A stretch of DNA of 64,000 nucleotides from Psammoneis japonica (GCA_008632985.1 QPGO01000011.1:186001-250000), one strand, 5' to 3'. Positions 38,271 through 51,481 are shown, numbered from the stretch's first letter. The notes: generated from the sequence alone by a model not told the origin. Made by a program: numbers and translations.

Positions 38271-41033
38271 TCTGCAACTGCTTTTGTTGTCCCCCGGGAG
38301 AAAAGATTGGTGTTTTTGCATCCACCATACCAGCTATGATAACAAATACTTTTTTGCAGGCCACTGAAACTGCCGATGGATTGTTGGTGTCGACGCCACC
38401 ACCAGAGCAAAAGGGAAAATTCAATCTCACGACTGCACTCTTTTGTGGGGGCGCGGCGTTTGATTGCTATCAAGAACCGCCCAAAAATTCTTCGAGGTGG
38501 GAGAGAGGCGTGAGTCACATTGGAAAACGCAATGCAATGTTTCGTAAGTAGTATATCTTTCTCACACAATTCATCTCTATCTGTCGCTTTCTCGTTTCAG
38601 TCGAAAGGTATGAACGTTGCCTTTATATCGCCGTCGTTTACAAGAAATCTTTACAAGGGATTGGTGCAGGTAAAGCCCATAAGAATAACCAATTTACCAG
38701 ACGAAGATAGCGCAGCAGAAAGCTTGATCTCGGGCGGTGGGTGCGATGCGTATCTTCTGGTCGCTGCAGTAGAAGGTCAGTGGAAGGAGGATGCCGAAAT
38801 GGTAGAAAAGTCAACATATCACGATGGGCGTGTTGGGATTGATGGGTGCAGCTCACATGGGTAGGAGTCGAACAGCGTGGAGTAACGTCGACGAAGGAAG
38901 ATCCAACACCGTCAAGAAGAATACTGGCGTGGCAGAACCTTATCACGTACCTAGCTCATGGGGAAAGGGTGGACAAGCTGTCTATACCGATGACGAGCCG
39001 CCCTTTTACATCTATCTGCAAGATCCAAATCTGCAAGACTTGTCTTCACGGTTATGGATGCAGACCGTCTTGGTCAAGACACTCCAATCGGCTCGGCGCA
39101 TAAAAGACTTGTTGATCTAATACCAGAGGCGAAAATCCCCGGGGAAGAATTTGTACTTCGAGCGAAAGAAGACGTGATAGAACGGATCAAGAAAGGTGAT
39201 GTTGACAAGCTTGATTTCGGCAAAAGTAAGTTCGCTGTCAATTTTGGACCGAAGGCTTGGCAGGGAGAAATCAAGCTGACATCGAAACCGGTGAAAAAGG
39301 ATAAGAATGCTCAAATAGCTGCGGGTGCAGCAGCCGGGGCAGTCGTGGCGGGACCAGTCGGAGCCGCTGTTGGTGGCCTCTTACTGAGTTATTACGAAGG
39401 CGAGGTACGTTGAAAATAACAGGCAATCCCATCTTTACGTGGGAGCGTTTGTTTTTACCTTCACTCATTCGTTTCGTGTTTCGTTTGGTCACGAATGCTA
39501 GATTCGCGGTACCGTAGAACTTAGCTTACGCTACCTGCCATTCCCACCTATTGAAGTAGAACGAAAGACATATGAGGTACGGTACCGTATGCAGGGATGA
39601 ATGTCAAGGCTCACTTTCCTCCACACTCATTGATTCTGTTCCTATGAAACATTTACTCGTATGATACACAGGTTAAGGGAGGATTACCGGGCGTTGATTG
39701 GGGTGACCTGTATTTGAAGCATGTGAAAAGTTTGGCTTCGACATCGCAGTCCATGACGGAAAATGATATACCAAGCGATATTGAACAGTGCTTTTTCATT
39801 AATCATGAACAAACTGGGTGTTCCTGCGCCGTGTATCGCTCGTTGGAGAAGAAGCTGATTGTCGTGTCGTTTCGTGGAACATGTGAACCCATAGATCTCC
39901 TGACAGATGCATCCCTTGTTCAAGCTGCTTGGGTTGACGGGGAGGATCCGAAGCTTGATAATGTCGCCAAGGTTCATGTTGGCTTTCGGTAGGTCTAGAT
40001 ATGGGTCGCTTCCGTGCACGTTTCCTTTCTCCAACTCACGGTTGTTATATTTGCGATCCTCTAGCAATTCGTTGATGTCGATTTCTCGTCGTCTAAGGAG
40101 TTGCTTCTCGCTACGGTCGCACCAGGGGACGAGTTGTCCAATTATGACATGCTTGTCACGGCCATTCTTTGGGAGGTGCTCTGGCAACTCTTTTTGTTGC
40201 TGATGTTGCCGAATTTGGCGTTGATGCCGGGCGTGCGCTACCTCAACTCGAAGACTCAGAGCCTTGGTGGAGTAGTGTTGCGTCGACGTTCATGGGGTTA
40301 GTGGGATGGACGCCGGAAAGAACGCTGCCCCGCCGAGACCGAAGTCTCTTCGACTATACAATTTTGGGAGTCCCCGGTTGGCAATGATGTTTTCTGCAAA
40401 CAGTTCTCGGATCTGCAAAGCAGCGGAAGGATCAACGAAGCCTACCGCATCGTCAACGGCAACGATGTCATTGCTCGAAATCCACGTTCCATTACCGTCC
40501 CTGTAGTTGGAAGTATCAATTATGATCATTGCGGGGCCACTGTTCTGATTTCGCCCTCCCAAAAAGCGGACGATGATGCAGAAACGGAGACACGTCCCCT
40601 CATCTGGGTTGAAGGAGAAAGTGACAATGAAATCTGTCCAGTACGTGATTCCACTATTAAGGCTCTCGAAAGCCCCGTGGCCAAGGGAACCTTGCTTGCG
40701 GACTTGATGGACTTAGCGCGGAAGTCTATCGAAGACGAGTTGGACGAGAAGAAAGCGGAAGGGGAAGCGAAGGATTTGTTGTCGAAACTGGGAAAGGCTG
40801 CCCAGGGAGTCCAAACTCGACTGAGTAAAGTATCTGCTACTGATCTCACGAGTGTATTGGGTATTTCGCGCGATTGGACAGATCGTGAGGTGCAGATGGT
40901 TCAAAGCTTATTGAGCGGTGAGGCGATCAAACATCACATGGAAGACGAGTATTATGGTGGCATGGGACGTGCCGCTGGTTTTGTAGCCCGTGTTGGAGAA
41001 GATATTGTGATTGCTGATGAGGTGACGGCATGA
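38271..41033 (+). CDS. Class-3 lipase with N-terminal C2-like region (multi-exon; true start upstream, not resolved)
   Basis: VVSFRGT, VHVGF, (T)GHSLGGALA and YNFGSPR(V)GN lipase_3 motifs. Several GT-AG introns. 1-nt deletions in G runs at about 40160 and 40376. Confidence 0.85.
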
Positions 41034-41306
41034 TTCTCCCACCTTGCTGCGAGTGGCACGCGCAGGTACTAGCTTGCGGGTGACTTCAACTGATATTATC
41101 ATTTTTGTCGTACACGGCGTCGTGGATGATTTAGTCATGATGAACGACGCTCTAATGCAGGATTGTAATAGCATCAAGGATGTGAAAACAGGAACGGTTT
41201 TGCAGACGAATTCTGAGATCAGGGATGGCCAGCAACAGATTAAAGCGTTCTCTGGAATAGAAAATAATTGCAGAATTTTTAGATTGGTGCATGCCAACGA
41301 TAGAAA

Positions 41307-42870
41307 TTAAATTTTGCCGTCGATTATGTCCTGACGTAACTGCGCAAAAAGATCTGACATGTATTGGATGTTGTGCAGAGCAGCAAGAGACACGGCAATG
41401 GGTTCATTGGCCTTGAACAAATGCCAAAGATAGGATCGATCGTAGTGCTGGCACGTCGAACACTTGCATTCCGCGTCGACCGGCACACCATGAGAGTTTT
41501 TGTGCTTTCCACTCTTGATTCTCAGTAGCCCGTGTCTTGTCATTAGAGTCCCATGGCGACCCAACCTTGTAGGATAACATGAATCCATCGTGTCGATGCC
41601 CATACGTACGGCATTTCTCACACTTTCTTCGTCAGCAATCCCCAACAAATGACGTGGCTTCGTTTTACGATTTTCGTTAGGTTCAAAGAGAGGCATCATC
41701 CATTCTAATAATTCACGTAGCTCAGCTCGTCCGTTACCCAAAGAGCCGCCAATGGCATAACCATCGAATGGTAATGATGTCAAGTAATTAATGCTCTTGG
41801 TCCGAAGTTCCACATCTATTCCGCCATGCACTACACAATACATGGCTTGGTCCTTGACATCTTTCAGGTGCTCTCGTAGAGACCGCGCCTCCCACCGGTG
41901 AGAACGATCGACTGATTCTTCGAGCTTACTTCGATCAATGTGATATGGCGGCAGCTCATCCAAAGGAATAATTATATCTGCGCCAATGTCCTTTTGTGCT
42001 TGTACCGTGGATTCAGGTGTCAGCAGAAACTTAGAGCCATCTCGATAGGAACGAAAAGTGACTCCGTCTTCAGTGACTTTGACAGCGTCCGATCCCATTA
42101 CATCATCTCTCCAAAACTTCTTCCCCTTGTTTCCAGAAGCGCGCTTTAATTCCCCATGACTCGCCAACTCTTCTTGAACACTCCCATACGCTAACGAGAA
42201 AACCTGGAACCCTCCTGAATCCGTAATAAAAGGTGAATTGCGCCTTTTCGTGAACTCGTGAATGCCACCGGCGTTTTTAATCAGCTCAGAGCCAGGATGC
42301 AACATCAAGTGGTAGGTATTGGCAAATACGAGCTGCTGTCCGGCTTTATCTGCTTCTCGAAAGTCGACTCCCTTTAGTGCAGCGTTTGTTGCAACCGCAA
42401 CAAACCCAGGAGTATCTATAATTCCGTGCGCTGATTATGATATCAAAACGTCGTTAGAAAGCCGTTGGTATTTGCTTCTATACATTCTCACAACGCCCGA
42501 AGACGGAACACTTACGAGTTGTAATTCGTCCTACTCTAGCTTGACTTTTCTCCGACTGGTGTAATATTTCAAACTTGAAAAACGACTTTTCTTCGTAGGG
42601 TGGAAACTCTGAAGGGTCTGGCGGTGGTGCATGCTTGTACTTTCGACGAGACGACGAAAACCCTCTCGCTACAGATTCTCGCGTGTTGTTGTTGATCTCT
42701 GTACCATTTTTCGTTGCGTCGTAGCTCGTCGTCATGACCATTGTGCGGCAAACCGCACTTCCACAATGTCTTGTTGAAGGCGTCAAAAAGGAAGTTACCA
42801 ACAACTTGGACATGTTGAAGACCGCGAACAGGAACCAACCTCTCAAACGCGTGCACTGTGCGAGCCTCAT
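41307..42870 (-). CDS. tgt: Queuine tRNA-ribosyltransferase (tRNA-guanine transglycosylase), chlamydial-type
   Basis: ARVGRITT|PHG..DTPGF, NTYHL, TDSGGFQ, HLLGI, DSCYPTR and C.C.TC...H zinc site. Intron 42515-42431. The start could be 42870 or 42814. Confidence 0.93.
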
Positions 42871-43416
42871 GTGATGGATTACGTATGCTTGCTTCGGAGC
42901 CTAAAGAACGACTCGCTTTCTCCACTGTATTTTTTTTTCAAACTTCTTTAAAAGACAAAACTCCTCTTGCTACTATGATAAGGGATGGAACGAGTATGGG
43001 TGTGGTGTTTTGATTTACCTCATCGATGATGGTTGATGTCAAGCATTGATTGAGCGCATCGGAGGATCGGCGGAGGGAGGTCGCGGCACGTACGCGTGCG
43101 CGATTTTTGTTTCGCGCGCGGCGCTTCATTTTGAGCTGACAACATTGAATTTGTCAAGTGCCGTTGGAGCATGAACGGTTGCTCGAACTCAATGATGATG
43201 GTCTTGGCGAGAAGAAGGAAGAAAGGCGAAGAAACGACGAAAGCTTGGGATGGTCGAAGCCATGGTGTCGTGTCGCTCGTCGCTCGCCCGCCCGCCGTTT
43301 TCTGTCCGCCAACGTCTGTCCGCCCATCGCGTCACCCAAAACTTCCCGCCGACATCGTTTGAATTTTTTTGCGAACAGAGGTGTCAACTTTGTGACTGAC
43401 TTCAAGACTGACGACG

Positions 43417-44532
43417 ATGACAACGATCGTACCAGTTACAGAACCTTCGTCAACAGAGACGACCACAGGAGGTGACGTTGGTATCAAACCGACAAAGGCC
43501 ATCATCAGGAACACTTCCGGGCGCTATAGAAATGTCGTCTTTGATGACGAAATCACGTTTGATGATGGAAGGGCCGTGCTTCTCGTTCGTGAGATTGAGA
43601 AAGGGGAGTTCAGCAGCGTTTTTATAGCTAGAGATTCTCGCTCGCCTGGAAAAAGTCCTACCCTGTATGCGCTCAAGCAAGTCCACTTCGTTGATGACAA
43701 CACCAAAGATGCCATCGAACGTGAGGTTGCCGTACATGGCTTGTCTCAACCCGACAATAACATCATGCCCCTGCTCGGGTTCAAGTACTCTGAAGAGAGT
43801 TGCTTTTTACTATTCCCATATATACAACAGTCCCTGAGGGATGATATTGGCGCCCGCCGCTTGCTGCAGGACACGTTGGAAACAAAACGTAAGCCGTATT
43901 CGGAACGGGAGGCTCTGACACTCTTCTACGGCGTTGCAAGGGCCATCCGGGCTTTGCATGACGCGGGGTTCAGTCACCGTGACATTAAAGTAGAGAACGT
44001 GCTTCTAAAGAAAGCGAAAGGCCGCAAACGCCGAGGAAGGGACATTGGGACTCCAGTGCTCACAGATTTCGGGTCGGCCGGACCTTTGACCGTGAAACTT
44101 CGATCATATGCTGACATTCTGCAGATAACGGAAGACGCGGATAGACACTCTACTTTGTCATATTGTGCTCCAGAGCTTCGTGGTGGCACTCTTGAATACG
44201 GAGCATCCAAAGTACTTCATTATGGATATGCCGACGTGTGGAGCTTAGGTTGTCTCCTGTTTGCAATGCTGTATGGATCGAGCCCTTTTGAGATGGAATG
44301 GGGTGTCTCGCTGGTGGAAGGAGCCGCTGCAGAAGGAACGGCCAGGATTGTGGAGTGTACCTTTTCGAAAGTCATGGGTCCTGTGCCATTCCCGCCTGCT
44401 GGTTCTGCCGCAGAGAGAAGGTACGGTGAAAGCGTAAAGGACTTGATACGGTGGATGTTGAGAAAGAAGGGACGGGAGAGGCCTAATATCGCCGAGCTCG
44501 CGGAGGCTGTAGAGGAGTACCTGAAGAAATAA
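43417..44532 (+). CDS. Ser/Thr protein kinase, STK16/NAK-like
   Basis: YALK, HRDIKVENVLL, DFGSAGP, STLSYCAPEL, DVWSLGCLLFAMLYG.SPFE and ERP.I. Confidence 0.88.
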   Translation: MTTIVPVTEPSSTETTTGGDVGIKPTKAIIRNTSGRYRNVVFDDEITFDDGRAVLLVREIEKGEFSSVFIARDSRSPGKSPTLYALKQVHFVDDNTKDAIEREVAVHGLSQPDNNIMPLLGFKYSEESCFLLFPYIQQSLRDDIGARRLLQDTLETKRKPYSEREALTLFYGVARAIRALHDAGFSHRDIKVENVLLKKAKGRKRRGRDIGTPVLTDFGSAGPLTVKLRSYADILQITEDADRHSTLSYCAPELRGGTLEYGASKVLHYGYADVWSLGCLLFAMLYGSSPFEMEWGVSLVEGAAAEGTARIVECTFSKVMGPVPFPPAGSAAERRYGESVKDLIRWMLRKKGRERPNIAELAEAVEEYLKK

Positions 44533-45297
44533 GAGTCATACAGAGAGGAAGGGTACGACGAAAGATGCTAGGCCCTACTAGAGAATGGCGTAGTCTACAT
44601 CGTGATCGGTGAGGCTGCGAAATGTGACTACTGCGGGGCGCTTCGCCAGCGTTCGAGCTAGAAATGCCCCACTTGCGAATACATACATTCACTCAAGTTT
44701 CACGTTTAAGTATCTCAGTCTTCATAGCATTAATAATAGCCCAGTTTTCTCCAAACTGCGTGGCCGCCATTTCTCAGGATCGTTTGTTTGAAGCTCTTCC
44801 ATTATTTCAAAATTAGAGCTCCTGTTCGCCCTTCTCCACCACTTTGCTTAGGAGCATGATACACCAATGCCGGACGCAACAACAATGTTATGTTGTTGCG
44901 AGGGGTAGAAACTACTTGACCTAGAGTCGTAGGACTCTCTACCACTCCTAGGGCTGCTGTACTAGCCAGAGAGAGCAGAGCTACAGATAGTATGGAAGTA
45001 GTCTAGCTCTAGCTACTAGCAGCAGAGGTTACAGTAGGTAGTCTATCGTGCCGGTAGGCCTACGGTACTGAATCGTCGGTTCGTCGGTCGTTGCTTTTTT
45101 CTGTATACGTTTATATAATGTCATCATGCACAAATACTTGACCATCTTCACAAAAATAATGTTACAAGGGTCATTGCATGCATAGAGTCTACGATGAGGT
45201 CACACTGAAGGAAGAATTCTCGAATTTGAATTCTCAGCAATCAACCGAGTTTGTTTACTTTCTATTTTTTATGCTGCAACCAAGTCTTACAATCACA

Positions 45298-45834
45298 NNN
45301 NNNNNNNNNNNNNNNNNNNNNNNNNNNNNNNNNNNNNNNNNNNNNNNNNNNNNNNNNNNNNNNNNNNNNNNNNNNNNNNNNNNNNNNNNNNNNNNNNNNN
45401 NNNNNNNNNNNNNNNNNNNNNNNNNNNNNNNNNNNNNNNNNNNNNNNNNNNNNNNNNNNNNNNNNNNNNNNNNNNNNNNNNNNNNNNNNNNNNNNNNNNN
45501 NNNNNNNNNNNNNNNNNNNNNNNNNNNNNNNNNNNNNNNNNNNNNNNNNNNNNNNNNNNNNNNNNNNNNNNNNNNNNNNNNNNNNNNNNNNNNNNNNNNN
45601 NNNNNNNNNNNNNNNNNNNNNNNNNNNNNNNNNNNNNNNNNNNNNNNNNNNNNNNNNNNNNNNNNNNNNNNNNNNNNNNNNNNNNNNNNNNNNNNNNNNN
45701 NNNNNNNNNNNNNNNNNNNNNNNNNNNNNNNNNNNNNNNNNNNNNNNNNNNNNNNNNNNNNNNNNNNNNNNNNNNNNNNNNNNNNNNNNNNNNNNNNNNN
45801 NNNNNNNNNNNNNNNNNNNNNNNNNNNNNNNNNN
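45298..45834. other. Assembly gap (N run)
   Basis: 537 N bases. Confidence 1.
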
Positions 45835-46950
45835 CAACAATGATGCCACTGCACAATCCAATCCAATGACTGTTGGTGAAGGGAATGCTGCTGGCTCAGA
45901 GGACACCGATGATGATGACATTGTAGATTGGGCTGAGTTGGAAAAACACTTAGATTCAGACATGGAAGAGGAGGAGCAGATTTCTGTTATCGAGAGTCGC
46001 GGTTGGGAAGCAAAGGAGGCGTTGAAGAAAGCAAAGGAAATTCTTAGTGATGCAGTTGACTCCACCAAACGAAATGAGGTGTTGCGAGCCAAACTGATGT
46101 CGGAGTTGAAAGCTGGCGAGCACAAGGATCTCCTGAAGGCGTTCGTCAAACAAATGGGGTGGAAGGTTTGTAAGACGCACAAGGCAAACCTGAAAAACGC
46201 AGTTACGTGGCTAGAGTGTACCCCCGCCTCTCGACCCTACATCGTGCTGAACAAGGAGCAACTGAAGGTAAGCATGTGTAATTGCTGCTACTGACATTAT
46301 TTTACTATAGATCTAACCGAGTCGCTCCGAACCATTATTTGCTGACAAAGGCAAAATACCGAGAATGTATTAACAGCACGATACCGTCGAGTGTGACAAA
46401 AAACGATGACTTCATAGCGATTCTGAGCGGTGAAGTCTCCGTGTACCTGTGTTCAGAGCAAATGAAAACAATGGAAGTAAGAAAGGGAGTGGAGCTTTGG
46501 CGCGATGTATCATGTGCGACTCCAAGACACATTGGTATTGCTCTGGCTGTCGTCAATGGTATTGTTGCGATAGTCCCCGTCCGCAAAGCGCTGGAGTCCC
46601 ATACTTTCAAGATTCGTCAACGTACCGTGATGGGAAAAACAGGGATCGACCAATCGCCGGCGTGTACACATGCTTTATGCACTGTCACCCATCCATTGTG
46701 AACCAGGGATAGTAATATGTATTTGTATTTAGTGAATATATCATCTTTTTGACCACCGGCGTAATTGTAGTACTTTGGAATATCATTTGTTGACAAGACG
46801 AGCGTTGTGTTGATGCTTTATCAATGAGAGCCGGTGTTTGTTTTGCACGTACAACTCGGTATGAAACCTACAGGGGCGTCGTTCGTGCCCACAGGAGCAC
46901 GAACTTTTGCGTTCGTGCCCACACGCGCACGAAACTATCACGCGGGATAT
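45835..46950 (+). mobile_element. Putative piggyBac-like DNA transposon 3' end
   Basis: C-terminal Cys-rich domain RCIMCDSKTHWYCSGCRQWYC...CFMHCH (46449-46712) resembles transposase zinc ribbons. It is followed by two hairpin repeats GTTCGTGC-N8-GCACGAA(C/A) at 46881-46904 and 46911-46934. Lies next to the gap. Confidence 0.45.
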
Positions 46951-47072
46951 GGCAACTCAACGCGTCAGCTCAACGGAAAACGGACGCGCCTCACAAATTT
47001 CACATTTCGGTCTCAAAAAAAAAAAAAACATTGAAGATATCCCCATCGCCCATCAGCTGGATAGAAGTGAAG

Positions 47073-49602
47073 ATGGGAGAAAAAGGAACCAGCATATCAG
47101 GAGGTTCTTTCCTTGAAGCAGCATTTGTAGACCCCGCCTATCCTTGGCTGGTGTCAGAAGTTGATCGCGAGGCGAAAAATGCTGTTGTTGGCGAAGATCC
47201 CCCTTCGACAACGTCCAAAAAGAAATCCAAGAAGGTGAAAGACTTGCTATTTGGGAACTCGTCTGGGAAGATTAAGGATGAGAAGAAAGATCAATCGCTA
47301 AAGCTTCGTACGGAAGATGTTCTCCGGGACCGAAAGCATGCTGAGGTCGCGCCGGAAGGGCTCCTGATTTACAGGCTCAACACCAATGATTGCACGCTTC
47401 AGCTTGTCTCATCTCCCCCCTCCAGAACAAACGTTGATGACCTTATTCAGGAAATGACGGTGATTAAGGCAAACCCAAGTAGCAACAAATCCCGTCAAAG
47501 CATTGATGTGGAGGGAGAAGATGGATCAAAGACGACTTTGATTGCCTGTGATCAAATGACGGCGATTGTCTGGCTGGAGACAATGCGTGCGATGCTTGAT
47601 CGTTGGGATGAGGAGAGCAATCCATTGGTAAGATTTTATTGGCGTAAGAAAGCGTTTATCTAAACGAAACTAACCGGTTTCTCTTCCTCCTCCTTCTCCT
47701 CCTCCAACCAAAAGGCATATACTCTTTCCAACGCAGGGGTCAACGGTTGGTCGAATGGAGAGTCTTTAAACGAATATGACTATCTGTCACTTGCTTTGTC
47801 TTCCCATAACGTTGTATCGAAAGAGGAAAGTGTTGAGCGAGATGGAATTAAGGCCGTTGGAAACGTATTCTTTCAGATAGGCTTCTTGACGGGCCATGAT
47901 AATGATAAAGATGGAAAGGCGATCCCAACCGTCGCCAAGAAAAGGACCGTGCTCAAAGACTCCTGGCTATTCTACAAACAAGTCTGCTCTCTTATTCGTA
48001 ATCGAGTCAAGTATAATGACGTTTTTAGCAGGCTTCAGAGTGACCCTGTCTATCCTTACTTCAACTCCTTGACTGGGCTGAACGACCCCGGTACGAATAA
48101 CGCGTACGAGAATCCCGACAAGATCGTGGCTCACAATGACCTTCCTGAATACAAGTCCTTAGCCTCCGATGCTCTCGCAACAGAGCTGAATTCTCAGGGT
48201 GAATCAGTAAAGAAGGGTCTGTTAGAAATTACCAAGTCACTTGCAAAGACCGTCGGAGCTTCAGATTATGGAGCAGGACCACGCAAGACAGTAAAGGCCG
48301 CGTTGGTCAAAGCAGACTTGAAATACGGAGGTGACTTGTTGAAAGTGACAGATTTCTGTCGCTCCTACATTGTAGTATCAGACCTATCAACATTGATGGC
48401 ACTCCTCGAGCTCATCCGTGAGCTCCATGGTGAGAAGATCCGACGCATCAAGTTGAGCAGCCTCAAGGCAGATCAAAATGCCATTGCCGGTGGTTATCGG
48501 GGTTGCAAGATCAATCTTGAGCTAAAGGGACACGTGTGTGAGATCCAAGTGCACCTCCTTTCCATGCACGAGGTGTTAGGCAGCAGTGAAGGATACATTC
48601 ACTATCGCAACTCACTCCAGACGAAGTCCGACAGCTTCAAGGACCCCTTCAATGCACTCAAGGGTGTTTCCAAACAGAGGACGGCAGAACTCGTCCTTGT
48701 TTCAGAAGAGTCCGTTGCCAAATCACCAATCCATAGTCTGCAATGGTGTGAGGAAGATGCAATTCTCAGCTACTATGCCCAAGTTGGTCTATTTATGAAT
48801 CAGCAACGATATGAGTGGGCTGAAGCTACACTCCAAAAGCTTATTCAAGTTCGTAGTGACGACCCGAACTTTGGAGCGGAACACAGCGTTACATTGGATC
48901 TGTACAAATATCTTGAGAAAGTGCTGACGCTTCAGGGAAAGGGACTTGAAGCCGAGGCTGTCAATGACACGATTCGCCGTATTGGTACGTCGTCAAGCCT
49001 TGTGTCCTTCGCATACTTAACCAAGGTCATCTCAATGTGCTTTATTCTTTCTTTTTTTCTTTTGTTTCAGAGCTAAGACTGGCGCTTCTGAGAAACAAAC
49101 GGGTGTCATGGATGCCATCTTTGAGGGTGGTATCACGGGTGCAATCACAAAGATGGACACGGTTGAATCATGGTTTGACCCGAACGTGGCGGAACGCCAA
49201 GCCCTTGAGGCCAACAAGCAAGAGGTGAAGGCATCCAAGGCTATCTGGCGTCAGGTGCGTGAAGAGAGATTCCCTTTTCTAGCATACAAAGGACAGCGTA
49301 AGACAAAAAAGCTCGAGGAGGCAAATTCTGGCGTGTCGCCAGCATCGAAAACAGTCCGTAAGTCGTGGCTCGGAAAAGCAAAAACCATTAGATCGGAAAC
49401 CATCAAGCTACAAGAAGACAGCAACAATAATAGGGGTGGGAGAAAGAAAACCGTATCCTGTGTAGAATTGAGGTATGAAGACGGTGACAATGTTGAAGTA
49501 AGCCTACCGGAAGAGCCACACAAGAGAAACTTGCTTCAAAAGATGAAGTCTAGGCGTCGACACATCCCAGAAGCTTCCGAGAGTCGCAATCCTCTCGACT
49601 AA
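47073..49602 (+). CDS. PH-like + RelA/SpoT-like nucleotidyltransferase + TPR-like protein
   Basis: Exon 1 47073-47628, intron to about 47714. GPRKT..AL.K...KYGGD...VTDFCR, GGYRGCKIN and HVCEIQVH motifs, then helical YEWAE..LQKLI...FGAEH..TL. Second intron 48985-49070, with the last exon needing a 1-nt frame correction. Confidence 0.75.
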
Positions 49603-49795
49603 ACAGAAAGGAGCAAACATTGAATTAGACTTGGTATTCAAGAGATAAGGAGCTGTGGTTGCTTCTATCGATACCACATAGTACTCGTATATTAATACTA
49701 GAAGAAAGTTCATGGATGACATGTCAAAAAAATTTACTTGCAGTAGCGACGACGGCCAAGTGATTGGATTACGTAGTCAATACATTATTTCTACT

Positions 49796-51236
49796 TTACT
49801 CCTTTTGTGCTGACGACAAGTGAGATATGGGCGGTGGCGGTAGAAAGGAAGAGGCATATCCCGTCTTGGCAGATGAAAATGGAGACTTGCCGTTAGCATG
49901 GGACGCCGCCGCCGCAGCAGCAGCTGCTCGTGTGTTTGTTGCGGACGGAGCAGCATACGCCATGGCAACCGAAGATGAAGTCGTTTCCACCTCGGGAGGG
50001 GGAGGAGGAGGCGGTGGTGGTGGGACAGGTTGGGCATCTTCTGGTGGAGGCGGTGGTGGAGGAGGCGGAACGGGGCCTGGTTCAGGTGCTTTCTCTACTT
50101 GTTCAGCCGGAAGTGGTGGCGGAGGCACAGGATGATCGGATTCGGGTTCAATCTCAGGGGATTCTGCCGGTTCCTTTAGCTCACTCCTTTCTTCTTTAAC
50201 GGTCTCTTCCTCCGGCTTCTTTGGTGGTTGGGGAGGCTGAGGCGCCGCACCATGCAGGTCTGGCAAAGGCATTGCATGAGCTTGTCCTGGTTCAGGCTCC
50301 ATCTCCAACTGAGGCGCCATGCAGAGATGATCATCCGCCTCTTCTGCAGGTTCCTGACCAGGAGCAGTTTTGCTGTCTGTTTCTTTCCCTTGTTGCTGTT
50401 GCTGCCGTTTCCTCGTAACCACTTTCCGTTCAATGGAAGAACCGTTGGTCCCGCGACAGCTCTGTGGCAACCGATGCAAGTATCCAGTCCCTACTTCGGC
50501 TCCCAACAAGCCCTTACCACCCCACGACCATGTCGGCATGAGCGTAACAATTCGCACCACATCAGAAGTCGTGTTATAGACATACAGCTCGACGACTCTA
50601 TCAACATTTGCTTGCAACAAGTTGGCTAAATCCGCCGCGTCTTCCAAAGAATGGCGTGTGGTGCCCAAGAGATAGTCCTGCTCCGGTACCAAGCCAGCAA
50701 TAGCAGCCGGTGAGTTCTTCTCCATGTCTAGTACACGAATCAACCGTTCATCGGCGCCACCATAATTGTCCATTCGAATTGTTACCCCCAAAAGACCAGC
50801 CCCACCCCAATCCTTTTGCGGTACAATGTTAACTAGACGCTTTTCCTGTGATTTGATGTTCCAGACCACTGAAAGGATTACGTACAATAATAATTCGCAC
50901 AAGTTAAACAAAAGCGTGATGACAATAACTAGAAAGAGTGTGATTGCATGTGCGTCCCCTCGTTCCTCACTTACACAACTCCAATTCCTTCCCCACGAAC
51001 TCCTGCAGAAGCCCTGGAAAGTCCACATCGTCGTACTCATCCCCAATCTCCAATCCTTCTGAGCTTCCCAAGAGCATTTTTCCGTTAGCTCCGACGAGGA
51101 AATCAAAAAAGCTCACCAGTCCAGCGGCAGAAGCGGGAGAATTAGGTTGAACTCCAAGCACTCGGTATCCCAGAGTATCAATGCCATCAAACTTGTCAAT
51201 GTCATCTTCAAAGTCGCCACTTGCGCTATTTCCCAT
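49796..51236 (-). CDS. GORASP: Golgi reassembly-stacking protein (GRASP55/65 family)
   Basis: MG N-terminus, GYRVLGVQPNSPA..AGL..FFDF, WGG.GLLG..I, SPAA.AGL and WGG.GLLGAEVGTGYLHRLP tandem PDZ. Intron about 50974-50869. Pro-rich tail. Confidence 0.93.
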
Positions 51237-51481
51237 ACTGACAGAGCGCTTTTAAAATTAACTTTGTCTGCCTTTAGACTTGTTGCTTATGCTCTGTGGG
51301 TCGTCTAAAGCTTACAAGATCGGTCCCTACTTTCAACAGCGCTTTCTGACTTGTTTGTGCGTCGCGGTCGCCGGTCGCTCGTCGCTATCGTCGCCGCGGT
51401 CTGTGAGAGCAGGTCATTGCGTCGCTCGCAAGATCGCCAGACAATCGACTCGTTCGATACGATACGAGTCGATTCTCCCTC

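Noticed and set aside
45178..46182. Long ORFs spanning 45.2-46.2 kb
   Set aside because: They are artefacts of translating through the N gap.
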